Of a stretch of 38,183 bases of DNA, positions 16,750-24,764 are shown piece by piece (the first letter of the stretch is position 1; each line of letters starts with the position of its first letter). The stretch covers positions 1-38,183 of the forward strand of contig PCRW01000068.1 in NCBI GenBank assembly GCA_002772115.1, read 5' to 3'. This DNA comes from Candidatus Moranbacteria bacterium CG23_combo_of_CG06-09_8_20_14_all_35_22. GTDB taxonomy: Bacteria > Patescibacteriota > Minisyncoccia > Moranbacterales > UBA2206. The notes below the pieces were generated by a model. It saw only the letters and a program-made list of their open reading frames with translations. It had not been told where the DNA came from and did not search any database. Made by a program: the position numbers and the translations under genes.

Positions 16750-17109
16750 TTACAAATTTTTATAAATTTCTTTTTTCTCATCTTTCGAAATTACCAAAAT
16801 GGTAATTTTTTTATTTTCGCTCGCGAGAGCCAAATCAGGATTTAGTTGCAAGGCCGAACCTTTTTTAATCTCCGCTTCTCCTTCTTGAATTTTCTTTTTA
16901 TTAGATAGGATTTCCCAATGGAAATTATTTTCATCACTGTGATTTTCAATGATAAAATTAAGCTTGTCAGATTTTGGTTCGGCAAAATATAATACCCACC
17001 AATTTTTTCCAGTATTTTCATTAGATTGTTTTTTTTCAATCCAAGCCAAGGAAGAAGCGCTGAAAATAAAAAAGATTATGGTTGTAAAAATAATTGTTTT
17101 AGATTTCAT
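16750..17109 (-). CDS. Small exported or membrane-anchored hypothetical protein
   Basis: 119 aa. An N-terminal signal/anchor (IIFTTIIFFIFSASSLA) is followed by a domain of about 95 aa. The gene starts 5 nt downstream of the large membrane protein gene. Confidence 0.7.
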   Translation of the reverse strand: MKSKTIIFTTIIFFIFSASSLAWIEKKQSNENTGKNWWVLYFAEPKSDKLNFIIENHSDENNFHWEILSNKKKIQEGEAEIKKGSALQLNPDLALASENKKITILVISKDEKKEIYKNL

Positions 17110-17114
17110 AAAAA

Positions 17115-19043
17115 TTATTTTTTAGGTTTATAATAAGTTCCAATCAAATTGGAAGAATATATTTTCCAAAATTCTTTGGAGTTACTAAATTGTGAACTAT
17201 CATAATAGGGATTGACCACCACAAAATTTATTCCAGTTTCCGCAAAACATTCTTTAGCTTCAGAGGACTTTGGTTGAGAAATCATCCAGAGAGTGCACTG
17301 TTCGTGAGTTGGAGCGTCATAGCGAAAAAGAAAACTTCGGGTAAAAGGATAATTGTAATCGCGCATCAAAAAAACTTTCATCCAAGAATCAGCCAAAACA
17401 TAATTATGGTCTTTGAGAATAATATCCTCATAGTTTGTTTTTTGGGAAAGATATTTGGAAACCGCGAAAGTTTCAATGAAATCGGAATTAGATTTTTTCG
17501 GATTGATCGATTGCGCTTCGGACATAAAACCGCCGGTTGAAATATACAGCATTAGAATTAAAAAAGCGGATAATTTCCAATTTTTATTCAAATAATATCG
17601 GTCTTCTTTTTGGGCATAAAGATAATCAAAAAAAATCCAATTTATAGCAAAAGCCCCAGCAAGGATAAGAGGAAAAATCAAATAATTTCCGATGCGGGAA
17701 GAAGGAATGTCAATGTGAAGTAGTGTTGGTTTCCAAGACATGATAAAAATTGAAAAAAACCAGCCTAAAATCAAAGCACTGTGGTATTTATTTTTCTTGA
17801 AAAAAACAAGAAGTAAAATTATCCCAATTGTTCCTAGGGTGGCACGACTTTCTCCGACAGTGGAAAATATTTGCGCCAAGCTTAGTCCCGCCTTGGTTGA
17901 ACGGGATGGTTCGCCGACAATTGTTTTGACGGCTTGATTTTCAATGTAGCTAGGCATTCTTACAAAAAAGAAAAAAATAACTCCCAGAAAAATAATGGTC
18001 AAGACGCGGGGAGAAAAAATCAACACCAGCCATTTTTTTATTTCCGAAAAAAATTCTTTGCCTCTGAAAAGTAAAATAAAAAACAAAACAGATAGTAATG
18101 AAGAGGCGAAGATAAAAGTGCTAAGATGATGAGTATAAGCGAGGCCAAAAGAAGTGAAAATTCCCAAAGAAAAAAAGGCTGAATTTTTTTCACTTATCGC
18201 GCGAAAGAAAAAATAAAAAATTAAAGGAATGAGTAAATTACCAAGAAGATTTCCGATCACGCCACCGCTGACGAAGTTACCTTGCGAGCCAGAAAGAGCA
18301 AACAGGGCGCCAACAAAAAACAAAACCGTGATGGAAATATTTTTTCCGTATGGCAAAGAAGAAAAAAGTTTTTCCGCTAGAATGAAAAGAGAAAACATTC
18401 CCATAATATTTATCAAAAATAATATTATCGAAGGAAAAGCTGATACAACATTATTTTTTGAAATAAGTCCGATAGAAGCAAAAACCAAATGTTCGCCGAT
18501 TATGAAATCATCAATAGTTGCTGGTTGGCTAATAGAATAAGCATTATCTTTTTGGATTATCTCTATTTTTTCATAAGCGGGAATTTTTCCGGTCTCAATG
18601 ATTTTTTTGGTCCAATACATATGATGACCAAGATCAGTTCCCGTTGGGGCAATGGTGTGAGAAAGAAAAAAAGCGCGAATTAGAATACTAAAAAATATAA
18701 TTAGAATTATTAAGGATGTTTGTTTTTTGGAATAATTGGAGTTGCTCGAATTTTCTGCTTGTTTTTCTTTTTGAAGCAAAAACACTGCGTAACATAAAAT
18801 AATAAAAGCGATAAGAGAGAACAAAATAGAATTGGCATTGATGGACAATTTGAATTTATCCAGCAAAATCAAAATTATATCAACAGCAATGATACTTAAT
18901 CCGAAAGAAAGGGTAAATTTTTCTAGAGCACTTAATATTTTTGATTTGCCAAAAATTGCCAAAAGCAAAAAATAACCCGGGATAAATAAAATCACGGCTA
19001 TGGAGGTATAAAATAATATTTGATTAAAAATAAAATTTAACAT
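17115..19043 (-). CDS. Large polytopic membrane protein, possible GT-C-like glycosyltransferase or polymerase (function unassigned)
   Basis: 642 aa with more than 12 TM helices. It has an extracytoplasmic loop with TGTDLGHHMYW and a soluble C-terminal region of about 130 aa. I recognise no family-diagnostic motif with confidence. Confidence 0.55.
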   Translation of the reverse strand: MLNFIFNQILFYTSIAVILFIPGYFLLLAIFGKSKILSALEKFTLSFGLSIIAVDIILILLDKFKLSINANSILFSLIAFIILCYAVFLLQKEKQAENSSNSNYSKKQTSLIILIIFFSILIRAFFLSHTIAPTGTDLGHHMYWTKKIIETGKIPAYEKIEIIQKDNAYSISQPATIDDFIIGEHLVFASIGLISKNNVVSAFPSIILFLINIMGMFSLFILAEKLFSSLPYGKNISITVLFFVGALFALSGSQGNFVSGGVIGNLLGNLLIPLIFYFFFRAISEKNSAFFSLGIFTSFGLAYTHHLSTFIFASSLLSVLFFILLFRGKEFFSEIKKWLVLIFSPRVLTIIFLGVIFFFFVRMPSYIENQAVKTIVGEPSRSTKAGLSLAQIFSTVGESRATLGTIGIILLLVFFKKNKYHSALILGWFFSIFIMSWKPTLLHIDIPSSRIGNYLIFPLILAGAFAINWIFFDYLYAQKEDRYYLNKNWKLSAFLILMLYISTGGFMSEAQSINPKKSNSDFIETFAVSKYLSQKTNYEDIILKDHNYVLADSWMKVFLMRDYNYPFTRSFLFRYDAPTHEQCTLWMISQPKSSEAKECFAETGINFVVVNPYYDSSQFSNSKEFWKIYSSNLIGTYYKPKK

Positions 19044-19055
19044 TTTTAAAAACAG

Positions 19056-19083
19056 GTAATTTGTAAATAGTAATTTGTAATTT
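19056..19083. repeat. Tandem 14-nt AT-rich direct repeat in the spacer upstream of 17115-19043
   Basis: gtaatttgtaaata / gtaatttgtaattt, followed by three tttact units (19101-19127). Confidence 0.6.
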
Positions 19084-19108
19084 GGAAAAATTTAATCCAA
19101 TTTACTAA

Positions 19109-20233
19109 TTACACTTTACTATTTACTGATTTTATAATTTCTTCTAAATATCTCTGCGAAATTTTTTCCCAAGTGAAATTTTCCTCAACATATTTTCCGG
19201 CCATTTTGCCAAAATTTTTGGCAAATTCTGGTCCGGCGGAAAAAATAGCCTGGATTTTCTTGACCCATTGTTCGGTGTTTTCGCTTTCAACCAGAAAACC
19301 ATTCTTGCCATCCTTAATTGCTTCCGCCAAACCTTGATAATTAGAAGCAACAACTATTCGCTCACATGCTCCCGCCTCAATAACATTAATTCCAAAACCT
19401 TCCACTGATTCAGGATAGGGAATATTTGGAGATACAACTAAATCAACAGTATTCAAAAGCACTTCCAAATCTTTTTGTGGTAGATTGGGCATTAACTTTA
19501 CTCTGTTTTCTAAACCATTTTCCTTGATGGCCTTTTCGCAATCGGAAAAATTATCCGGATCGCCAGCGGTGTTTTTGGCCACTCGATATCCAGTTGCAAT
19601 CATAAGTGTATCTTCGGAGAGTTTTGGCATAACATTTTTTATAAACCAAGCCGTGCCTTTATGCGGAACAAATCTGCCAAGACGCAAAATAATTTTTTTG
19701 TTAGTAATATCGGAACCCCACAACGCAGACAAATCTTGTCGAGAAAATTCCTTTTTTAAATTTTCGATAAAAACCCCATTAGGAATGAAAACGCAATTTT
19801 CTTTGGGAATTCCAATTTTAACTGCTTCTTCGATAGTAAAATTTCCAATCATAAAAAGTTTGTCAAGTTTTTTGAGAGAGGGAATGTTAATCGCTTTGTA
19901 AATTTTTGGTAAATTTCCCTTTTTATAAGCAAAGGTTATATCTAATCCATGCACAACAGAAAAAAACTTTTTCTTAGGATGAAAAATTTTCAAAGCAAAA
20001 GCAATTGGCGCCAAAACGCCATTACCCACAAGACAAGCGTCATAATTCATCATTAAAAAAAATGCCCGTAGGAAAGTTATGGGTATAAAAACAGGAAGCC
20101 ACCATTTGCCTCGGCCATTGGCGATAATTTTAACAGTAGCAATTTTTGAAAGCCCTTGAGCTAAATTGTAATTTTGACTTTCCACTCCACCAAGAATTGG
20201 AGGATAGGAATGGGAGATAAAAAGAATATTCAT
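19109..20233 (-). CDS. GT4-family glycosyltransferase
   Basis: N-terminus ILFISHSYPPILGGVE. EX7E region ESVEGFGINVIEAGACERIVVAS. Confidence 0.8.
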   Translation of the reverse strand: MNILFISHSYPPILGGVESQNYNLAQGLSKIATVKIIANGRGKWWLPVFIPITFLRAFFLMMNYDACLVGNGVLAPIAFALKIFHPKKKFFSVVHGLDITFAYKKGNLPKIYKAINIPSLKKLDKLFMIGNFTIEEAVKIGIPKENCVFIPNGVFIENLKKEFSRQDLSALWGSDITNKKIILRLGRFVPHKGTAWFIKNVMPKLSEDTLMIATGYRVAKNTAGDPDNFSDCEKAIKENGLENRVKLMPNLPQKDLEVLLNTVDLVVSPNIPYPESVEGFGINVIEAGACERIVVASNYQGLAEAIKDGKNGFLVESENTEQWVKKIQAIFSAGPEFAKNFGKMAGKYVEENFTWEKISQRYLEEIIKSVNSKV

Positions 20234-20237
20234 ATTT

Positions 20238-20346
20238 ATGATGCAAATACACGAATCTTATGCTAATCTACGAATATGCAAATAATAGCGATTCGCATAT
20301 TTGTGTATTTGCATGAAAGCAATTCGCGTCATTCGTATTATAGTTT
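20238..20346. repeat. 109-nt dispersed repeat, copy 1 (fills the spacer between GT2 and GT4)
   Basis: tgatgcaaatacacgaatcttatgctaatctacgaatatgcaaataatagcgattcgcatatttgtgtatttgcatgaaagcaattcgcgtcattcgtattatagttta. I counted 5 differences from copy 2. Confidence 0.85.
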
Positions 20347-21321
20347 ATTATATTTATCCTTCTTCCATTGATAGAAAAATTCTTCGGTGAGTTGGCGGGT
20401 GGATTTTATCATATCGGCGATGAGAGCAAAAATTATCAGTTGGATTCCAAGAAACATGGAGATTGAAGAAAAAACAATATAATTGAGATAGGGTCGAATT
20501 TTGAAATCTTGGAAATAGAAAAAAAGAAAAAATATAAAACCAATTAAACCTAAAATCATAAAAAATATTCCTGGCCAGCCGAAAAATTTTAGCGGTCGGA
20601 CATCGCGGACTGCTTTGAGAATAATTTTTGTAGAATTACTTACAAATTTGAAAATAGATTTGGTGATTTTGGCTTGGCGATTGTCAAAATAAGTGACTGT
20701 GATTGGTACCCATTTCAATTTCAAATTTTTTCCAATAGCGTCAATTATCGTATCTTGAGTATAAGTAAAATACAGATTAGTCAAATTTAGCCGAAGAAGT
20801 GCTTCTCGAGAGTGAGCACGAAAACCACAAGTTAGGTCATTAGTTTTGTAATTTAGGAAAAAACCAATTACAGAAGCGGCAAAACGATTGAAGAAACTTC
20901 GTACCCACGGAATGTTTTTCGCTTTTTGTTCTCCAAAACGATTAGCAATTACTATATCTGCTTCTCCTTTTAGCACTGGCAAGAGAAGTTTAGGAATATC
21001 ATTAGGATCAAATTGTCCATCCGCATCAATATTTACCATAAAATCAGCGCCATTTTTGAGTGAGCTTTCCACTGCTTGTTTGAAAGAATAAGCCAAACGG
21101 CGATTAGGTTTATAAGAAACGACAATATCAGCGCCATTTTCTTTGGCAACTCGGGCAGTGCCATCAGTTGAGCCGTCGTTTACTACTTGAATTAATTTTT
21201 CATCTATCACGGTGCCTTCATTAGAATAAAAATTATGGGCAAAACTTTTTTTGATATTTTGAATTGTTTTTCCCAAATCCTTTTCTTCATTATAAGCGGG
21301 AATGTTAATGATTAGTTTCAT
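20338..21321 (-). CDS. GT2 polyprenyl-phosphate sugar synthase-like glycosyltransferase (Dpm1/GtrB/ArnC type)
   Basis: INIPAYNEEKDLGKTI, VNDGSTDGT and the DxD motif NIDADGQ are present, plus two C-terminal TM helices. This is the usual donor-making partner of GT-C enzymes. Confidence 0.8.
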   Translation of the reverse strand: MKLIINIPAYNEEKDLGKTIQNIKKSFAHNFYSNEGTVIDEKLIQVVNDGSTDGTARVAKENGADIVVSYKPNRRLAYSFKQAVESSLKNGADFMVNIDADGQFDPNDIPKLLLPVLKGEADIVIANRFGEQKAKNIPWVRSFFNRFAASVIGFFLNYKTNDLTCGFRAHSREALLRLNLTNLYFTYTQDTIIDAIGKNLKLKWVPITVTYFDNRQAKITKSIFKFVSNSTKIILKAVRDVRPLKFFGWPGIFFMILGLIGFIFFLFFYFQDFKIRPYLNYIVFSSISMFLGIQLIIFALIADMIKSTRQLTEEFFYQWKKDKYNKL

Positions 21322-21329
21322 AATAATTG

Positions 21330-21438
21330 TGATGCAAATCCACGAATCTTATGCTAATCCACGAATATGCAAATAAGAGTGATTCGCATATTTGTATATT
21401 TGCATGAAAGCAATTCGCGTCATTCGTATTATAGTTTA
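21330..21438. repeat. 109-nt dispersed repeat, copy 2 (fills the spacer between the small ORF and GT2)
   Basis: It has the same sequence and orientation as copy 1. Together the two copies directly bracket the GT2 gene at 20338-21321. Confidence 0.85.
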
Positions 21439-21666
21439 CTTTTTCTTAATTATTAACTTGGGGTCGATACATTTAAAATTACACTCGGCATTGTCGACAC
21501 CTTGATGATATATGTTATTAGTACATTCTTTCATTTTTTCCTCACATTGTTTTTTAGCGCCGGAAAAATAGTTGCGGTTTACTTCATAGCCAAAAAAATT
21601 CAGCACAAAATAGACTGCTACCAAGAAAAGAACCATCCAAATTGCAAATTTAATAATGCTAAACAT
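21436..21666 (-). CDS. Small membrane protein with a Cys-containing tail (hypothetical)
   Basis: 76 aa with one TM helix (WMVLFLVAVYFVLNFF) and four Cys in the C-terminal half. Confidence 0.55.
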   Translation of the reverse strand: MFSIIKFAIWMVLFLVAVYFVLNFFGYEVNRNYFSGAKKQCEEKMKECTNNIYHQGVDNAECNFKCIDPKLIIKKK

Positions 21667-21785
21667 AGCGAATTATAAGGCTTAAAAATTAAATTTAACT
21701 GCAAATTCAGTATAGCCTAAAATGGATTATTTGGCAAAGGTTTTTAGGGGATGACATAAATCGATTTTGGCTTTACAATATAAGT

Positions 21786-23003
21786 ATGAATAAAATAAAA
21801 ATAGGAATCAATGCCAGTTATCTTAGAAAGCCGAACACTGGTATCGGACAAGTGACAGCCAACTTTTTGAAAATGTTGGCAAGAGACAAAAATAATAACT
21901 TTGAATTTATTTTGTATTTAGAGGAAGAAATTCCAAAGGATTTCAAGCTTCCTAAAAATTTTACTAAAAAAATATTTTTGCCAATTTATAAGCGCGATGA
22001 TTTGATTCGAAAAATTTGGTGGGAAAAATTTCTTTTGCCGAGACAAGTCAAAAAAGACGGGTGTGATGTTTTTGTCAGTATGTACCAATGTCCCACTGTT
22101 TTCACAACGCTTAAGACGCCAAGCGTCTTGAATTCTGGACGCTTGGCGTCTTTGCGTCATATAATGCTAGTGCATGATATAATTCCAAAATTATTTCCCA
22201 AGTATTTGGATAATTTCAGAAAAAAAGTATATTGGAAATTGACGGAATATGGGATAAAAAAGGCGCACAAGATTATCGCTGTTTCCAAAAGAACGGAAAA
22301 AGATTTGATTGAACACTTGAATATCGGCGCAGACAGAATTACTACCAATTATATAGATGTCGATGAATGTTATAAGGTAGAGACGCAAAATTTTGCGTCT
22401 CTACGAGAGCGAAATATTTTAAAGAAATACAAATTAAATTCAGGATATATCTTAGCTGGTGGGGGATATGAGGTGCGAAAAAATGTCGAGGGTGTGGTGC
22501 GAGCCTATAAATTACTGTTAGAAAAAAACAAAAAAGAAAATTTTTTGCCAAATTTTCCGAAGTTAGCGATATACGGAAAGGTTTTGTCGGAAAGTTTGAG
22601 TCTGGCAACGCCGATAGAAAAAATATTGAGAGAATTAAATTTGACGAAAGATGTGATTCTTTTGGGTGAAGTCCCACAAAAAGACTTGCCGGCGCTGTTT
22701 AGTCATGCTATTGTGTTTGCTTACCCTTCGTTTTATGAGGGTTTTGGCATGCAAATTTTGGAAGCCATGAATGTGGGTACGCCTGCCATCACTTCCAAAG
22801 TTTCTTCACTGCCAGAAGTAGGCGGAGACAGTGTGTTATATTGTAATCCTGATGAAATTTCTGACATCGCAATGGTTTTGAAAAATATTTTAACGAATTA
22901 TGATTTACGAGAACAACTGAAAACTCGTGGCCAAGAACGCGCCAAACAATTTTCCTGGGAAAAATTTAGCGAGAAGATTTTAAATATAATTGAAGAAATG
23001 TAA
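21786..23003 (+). CDS. GT4-family glycosyltransferase carrying two palindromic in-frame inserts
   Basis: The motif YPSFYEGFGMQILEAMNVGTPAITS matches the paralogue at 24765-25925 (FPSFYEGFGMPIIEAMSLGVPTIVSD). Confidence 0.85.
   Translation: MNKIKIGINASYLRKPNTGIGQVTANFLKMLARDKNNNFEFILYLEEEIPKDFKLPKNFTKKIFLPIYKRDDLIRKIWWEKFLLPRQVKKDGCDVFVSMYQCPTVFTTLKTPSVLNSGRLASLRHIMLVHDIIPKLFPKYLDNFRKKVYWKLTEYGIKKAHKIIAVSKRTEKDLIEHLNIGADRITTNYIDVDECYKVETQNFASLRERNILKKYKLNSGYILAGGGYEVRKNVEGVVRAYKLLLEKNKKENFLPNFPKLAIYGKVLSESLSLATPIEKILRELNLTKDVILLGEVPQKDLPALFSHAIVFAYPSFYEGFGMQILEAMNVGTPAITSKVSSLPEVGGDSVLYCNPDEISDIAMVLKNILTNYDLREQLKTRGQERAKQFSWEKFSEKILNIIEEM
22113..22152. repeat. Near-perfect nested palindrome (double hairpin around a GAATTC centre), in-frame in a GT4 CDS
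   Basis: aagacgccaagcgtctt-gaattc-tggacgcttggcgtctt. It encodes ...LKTPSVLNSGRLASLRH..., which has no counterpart in the paralogue at 24765-25925. Confidence 0.85.
22377..22404. repeat. 28-nt perfect palindrome, copy 1, in-frame in a GT4 CDS
   Basis: gtagagacgcaaaattttgcgtctctac. It encodes VETQNFASLR. Confidence 0.9.
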
Positions 23004-24698
23004 ATGAATTTATTTTTTGAAAAAATAATTAATAACTTCAACAAGCCAAAAAATTGGCTTCTTTTGGCGAATGTGGTTTTGGTTTTTGTTTTGATAGTTT
23101 GCAATAATTTGGGAATTATTCCTTTGCGAATGGGGGATTTTGTTTTTTTTGCGATTTTAGTTTTGGGCTTGGCGCTGTATCGTCCTGGGTGGGCCTTTTT
23201 ATTTTTTGTTGGCACGATTGCATTGGAAAACATCAATTTGGCACCGGCCGAACTTGGAATTGCCATTCGACCCTATCAATTTATCGGCACGCTCACGATC
23301 ACGGCAATTATAACTCGATTACTTTCTGGAAAATTAAATTTCAAATTGGCAAAATTAAATTTTGTAGATTATCTAATTCTAATTATTACAGCGTCTAGTT
23401 TTGTAAGTGCGTTTATTTCTGCGGTAAAGATGCAAAATTTTGCGTCTCTACGGTTGGCGATAATTCTGGCGATATTTTCCGCGCTATATTTTTTAGTGCG
23501 AAATTATGTTCAAAATTTAGAAGATCTCAAAAAAATTATTCCTTTTTTTCTAAGTTCGGCGGTTGTCGTCGTGCTTTATGGCATTTGGCAAAATATTTGG
23601 TTTTTGAAAGGATTAAAAAGTTTTGAAACAATGTTGGGACGATCAAACGCAACTTTTTTCGAAGCGGATTGGCTGGGAATGTACTTAGTGTTGATAATAT
23701 CGATTTTAATAATTCTTTTTTCTGCCCTCTCCTCAACTCCCGCCTACCGGCGAGGCAGGCTCTCCCGATTACGGGCGAGGGGGTCATTGAAATTTCCTTC
23801 TCTCCCTTTGGGAGAGATATCCCGATGTAATCATCGGGACAGAGAGGGAAAGGGCGTATTAATAAAAATATTCTTATTTATATTTTTAACCTTATCTTTT
23901 ATTTTATTAATTCTTACTGTTTCACGCAGTGCTTGGCTCGGGGCATTTGCAATGACATTTATTTTTCTTTTCGCTATTCTAACAAATTTAAAATTTTATC
24001 TAAAACATTGGCAATGGAAAAAAACTATTCAAATGAAATTAATTATATTTCCGGCACTGTTAGTTGCAATTGGTGCAATTTATATTTTCCATCTGACTAA
24101 TTTCCAATTATTTAATCGAGTGCAATCAACTGGATCAGGAATGCAAAAAATTACCATTTCTTGTGATGCAAGGAACGCAAATTTGCATTCCCTACCGAAA
24201 GAAATTGAAAATATTTCTGAATTAGAAAAATATAATTGCCGGCATATAAATTTAGAAGAAATAGATTTTGAAAAAGCTAAAGGGAAATATGTTAGTGAAA
24301 TTTATCGTAAAGATCCAAATGTAAACATAAGAAAAGAAATTTATCAGAAATCTTGGCAAGAAATTAGAAATCATTGGATATTGGGAATTGGTTGGGGAAA
24401 TATTTCCAAAATATTAGGCAATGACGAAAAGGGGACGCCCTTGAATTCTTCCAATATATTTTTGGAAGTTTGGCTGGGCACTGGAATTTTAGGTTTTGCG
24501 TCTTTCGTTATTATGCTATCGTATATATTAGTAAGGGCAGTGAGAGATTATTATTTATCAAAAGATGATTTGCAAAAAATCGTCAGTTTATTTTTAATTA
24601 TTTCCTGGTTTGCAATTATTATCCCCAATCTTTTCAATGCCGGAATATTTTTAGGATTTTTGTGGGTTTGGCTGGGCATAGTACATATAAAAAAATAG
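23004..24698 (+). CDS. O-antigen ligase/polymerase-family (Wzy_C) membrane protein carrying three repeat-derived inserts
   Basis: Multi-TM protein with LTVSRSAWLGAF and a large outer loop followed by GIGWGN. Its ATG abuts the stop of the upstream GT4 gene. Confidence 0.7.
   Translation: MNLFFEKIINNFNKPKNWLLLANVVLVFVLIVCNNLGIIPLRMGDFVFFAILVLGLALYRPGWAFLFFVGTIALENINLAPAELGIAIRPYQFIGTLTITAIITRLLSGKLNFKLAKLNFVDYLILIITASSFVSAFISAVKMQNFASLRLAIILAIFSALYFLVRNYVQNLEDLKKIIPFFLSSAVVVVLYGIWQNIWFLKGLKSFETMLGRSNATFFEADWLGMYLVLIISILIILFSALSSTPAYRRGRLSRLRARGSLKFPSLPLGEISRCNHRDREGKGVLIKIFLFIFLTLSFILLILTVSRSAWLGAFAMTFIFLFAILTNLKFYLKHWQWKKTIQMKLIIFPALLVAIGAIYIFHLTNFQLFNRVQSTGSGMQKITISCDARNANLHSLPKEIENISELEKYNCRHINLEEIDFEKAKGKYVSEIYRKDPNVNIRKEIYQKSWQEIRNHWILGIGWGNISKILGNDEKGTPLNSSNIFLEVWLGTGILGFASFVIMLSYILVRAVRDYYLSKDDLQKIVSLFLIISWFAIIIPNLFNAGIFLGFLWVWLGIVHIKK
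23424..23451. repeat. 28-nt palindrome, copy 2 (2 mismatches), in-frame in the O-antigen-ligase-like CDS
   Basis: gtaaagatgcaaaattttgcgtctctac. It encodes VKMQNFASLR. Confidence 0.9.
23722..23856. repeat. GC-rich multi-hairpin block of about 135 nt, in-frame in the O-antigen-ligase-like CDS
   Basis: It contains cccgcctaccggcgaggcagg (23739-59), and the hairpins cccg-atta-cggg (23764-75), tctctccc-ttt-gggagaga (23799-817) and cccgatg-taat-catcggg (23821-38). It encodes STPAYRRGRLSRLRARGSLKFPSLPLGEISRCNHRDREGKG. Confidence 0.85.
24171..24192. repeat. Imperfect 22-nt palindrome in-frame in the O-antigen-ligase-like CDS
   Basis: aggaacgcaaa|tttgcattccc (9 of 11 arm positions pair). Its gcaaa-tttgc core is related to the 28-nt palindrome. 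It encodes ARNANLHSL. Confidence 0.6.
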
Positions 24699-24705
24699 GA
24701 AGGTT

Positions 24706-24752
24706 AAATTCGAGGTTTCACCTCGAGTAACTCGAGGTGAAACCTCGAATTT
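24706..24752. repeat. 47-nt perfect nested palindrome (double hairpin), intergenic
   Basis: aaattcgaggtttcacctcgagt-a-actcgaggtgaaacctcgaattt. Each arm contains the hairpin cgaggt-nnn-acctcg. It lies between the ligase-like stop (24698) and the GT4 start (24765). Confidence 0.9.
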
Positions 24753-24764
24753 ATTTAAATCATT

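Noticed and set aside
20221-20346. An apparent 1-nt disagreement between my hand-counted positions and the ORF-track coordinates near 20230-20340, which could have indicated a frameshift.
   Set aside because: The ORF track translates cleanly through both genes. The discrepancy is most likely my own counting error in an A-run. It is recorded only as a caveat that hand-located repeat coordinates may be off by 1-2 nt.
13504-24752. A CRISPR array as the explanation for the recurring palindromes.
   Set aside because: The repeats are not regularly spaced. They have different sequences, mostly lie inside ORFs, and no cas genes are present. The Cas4-like nuclease at 34489-35643 stands alone.
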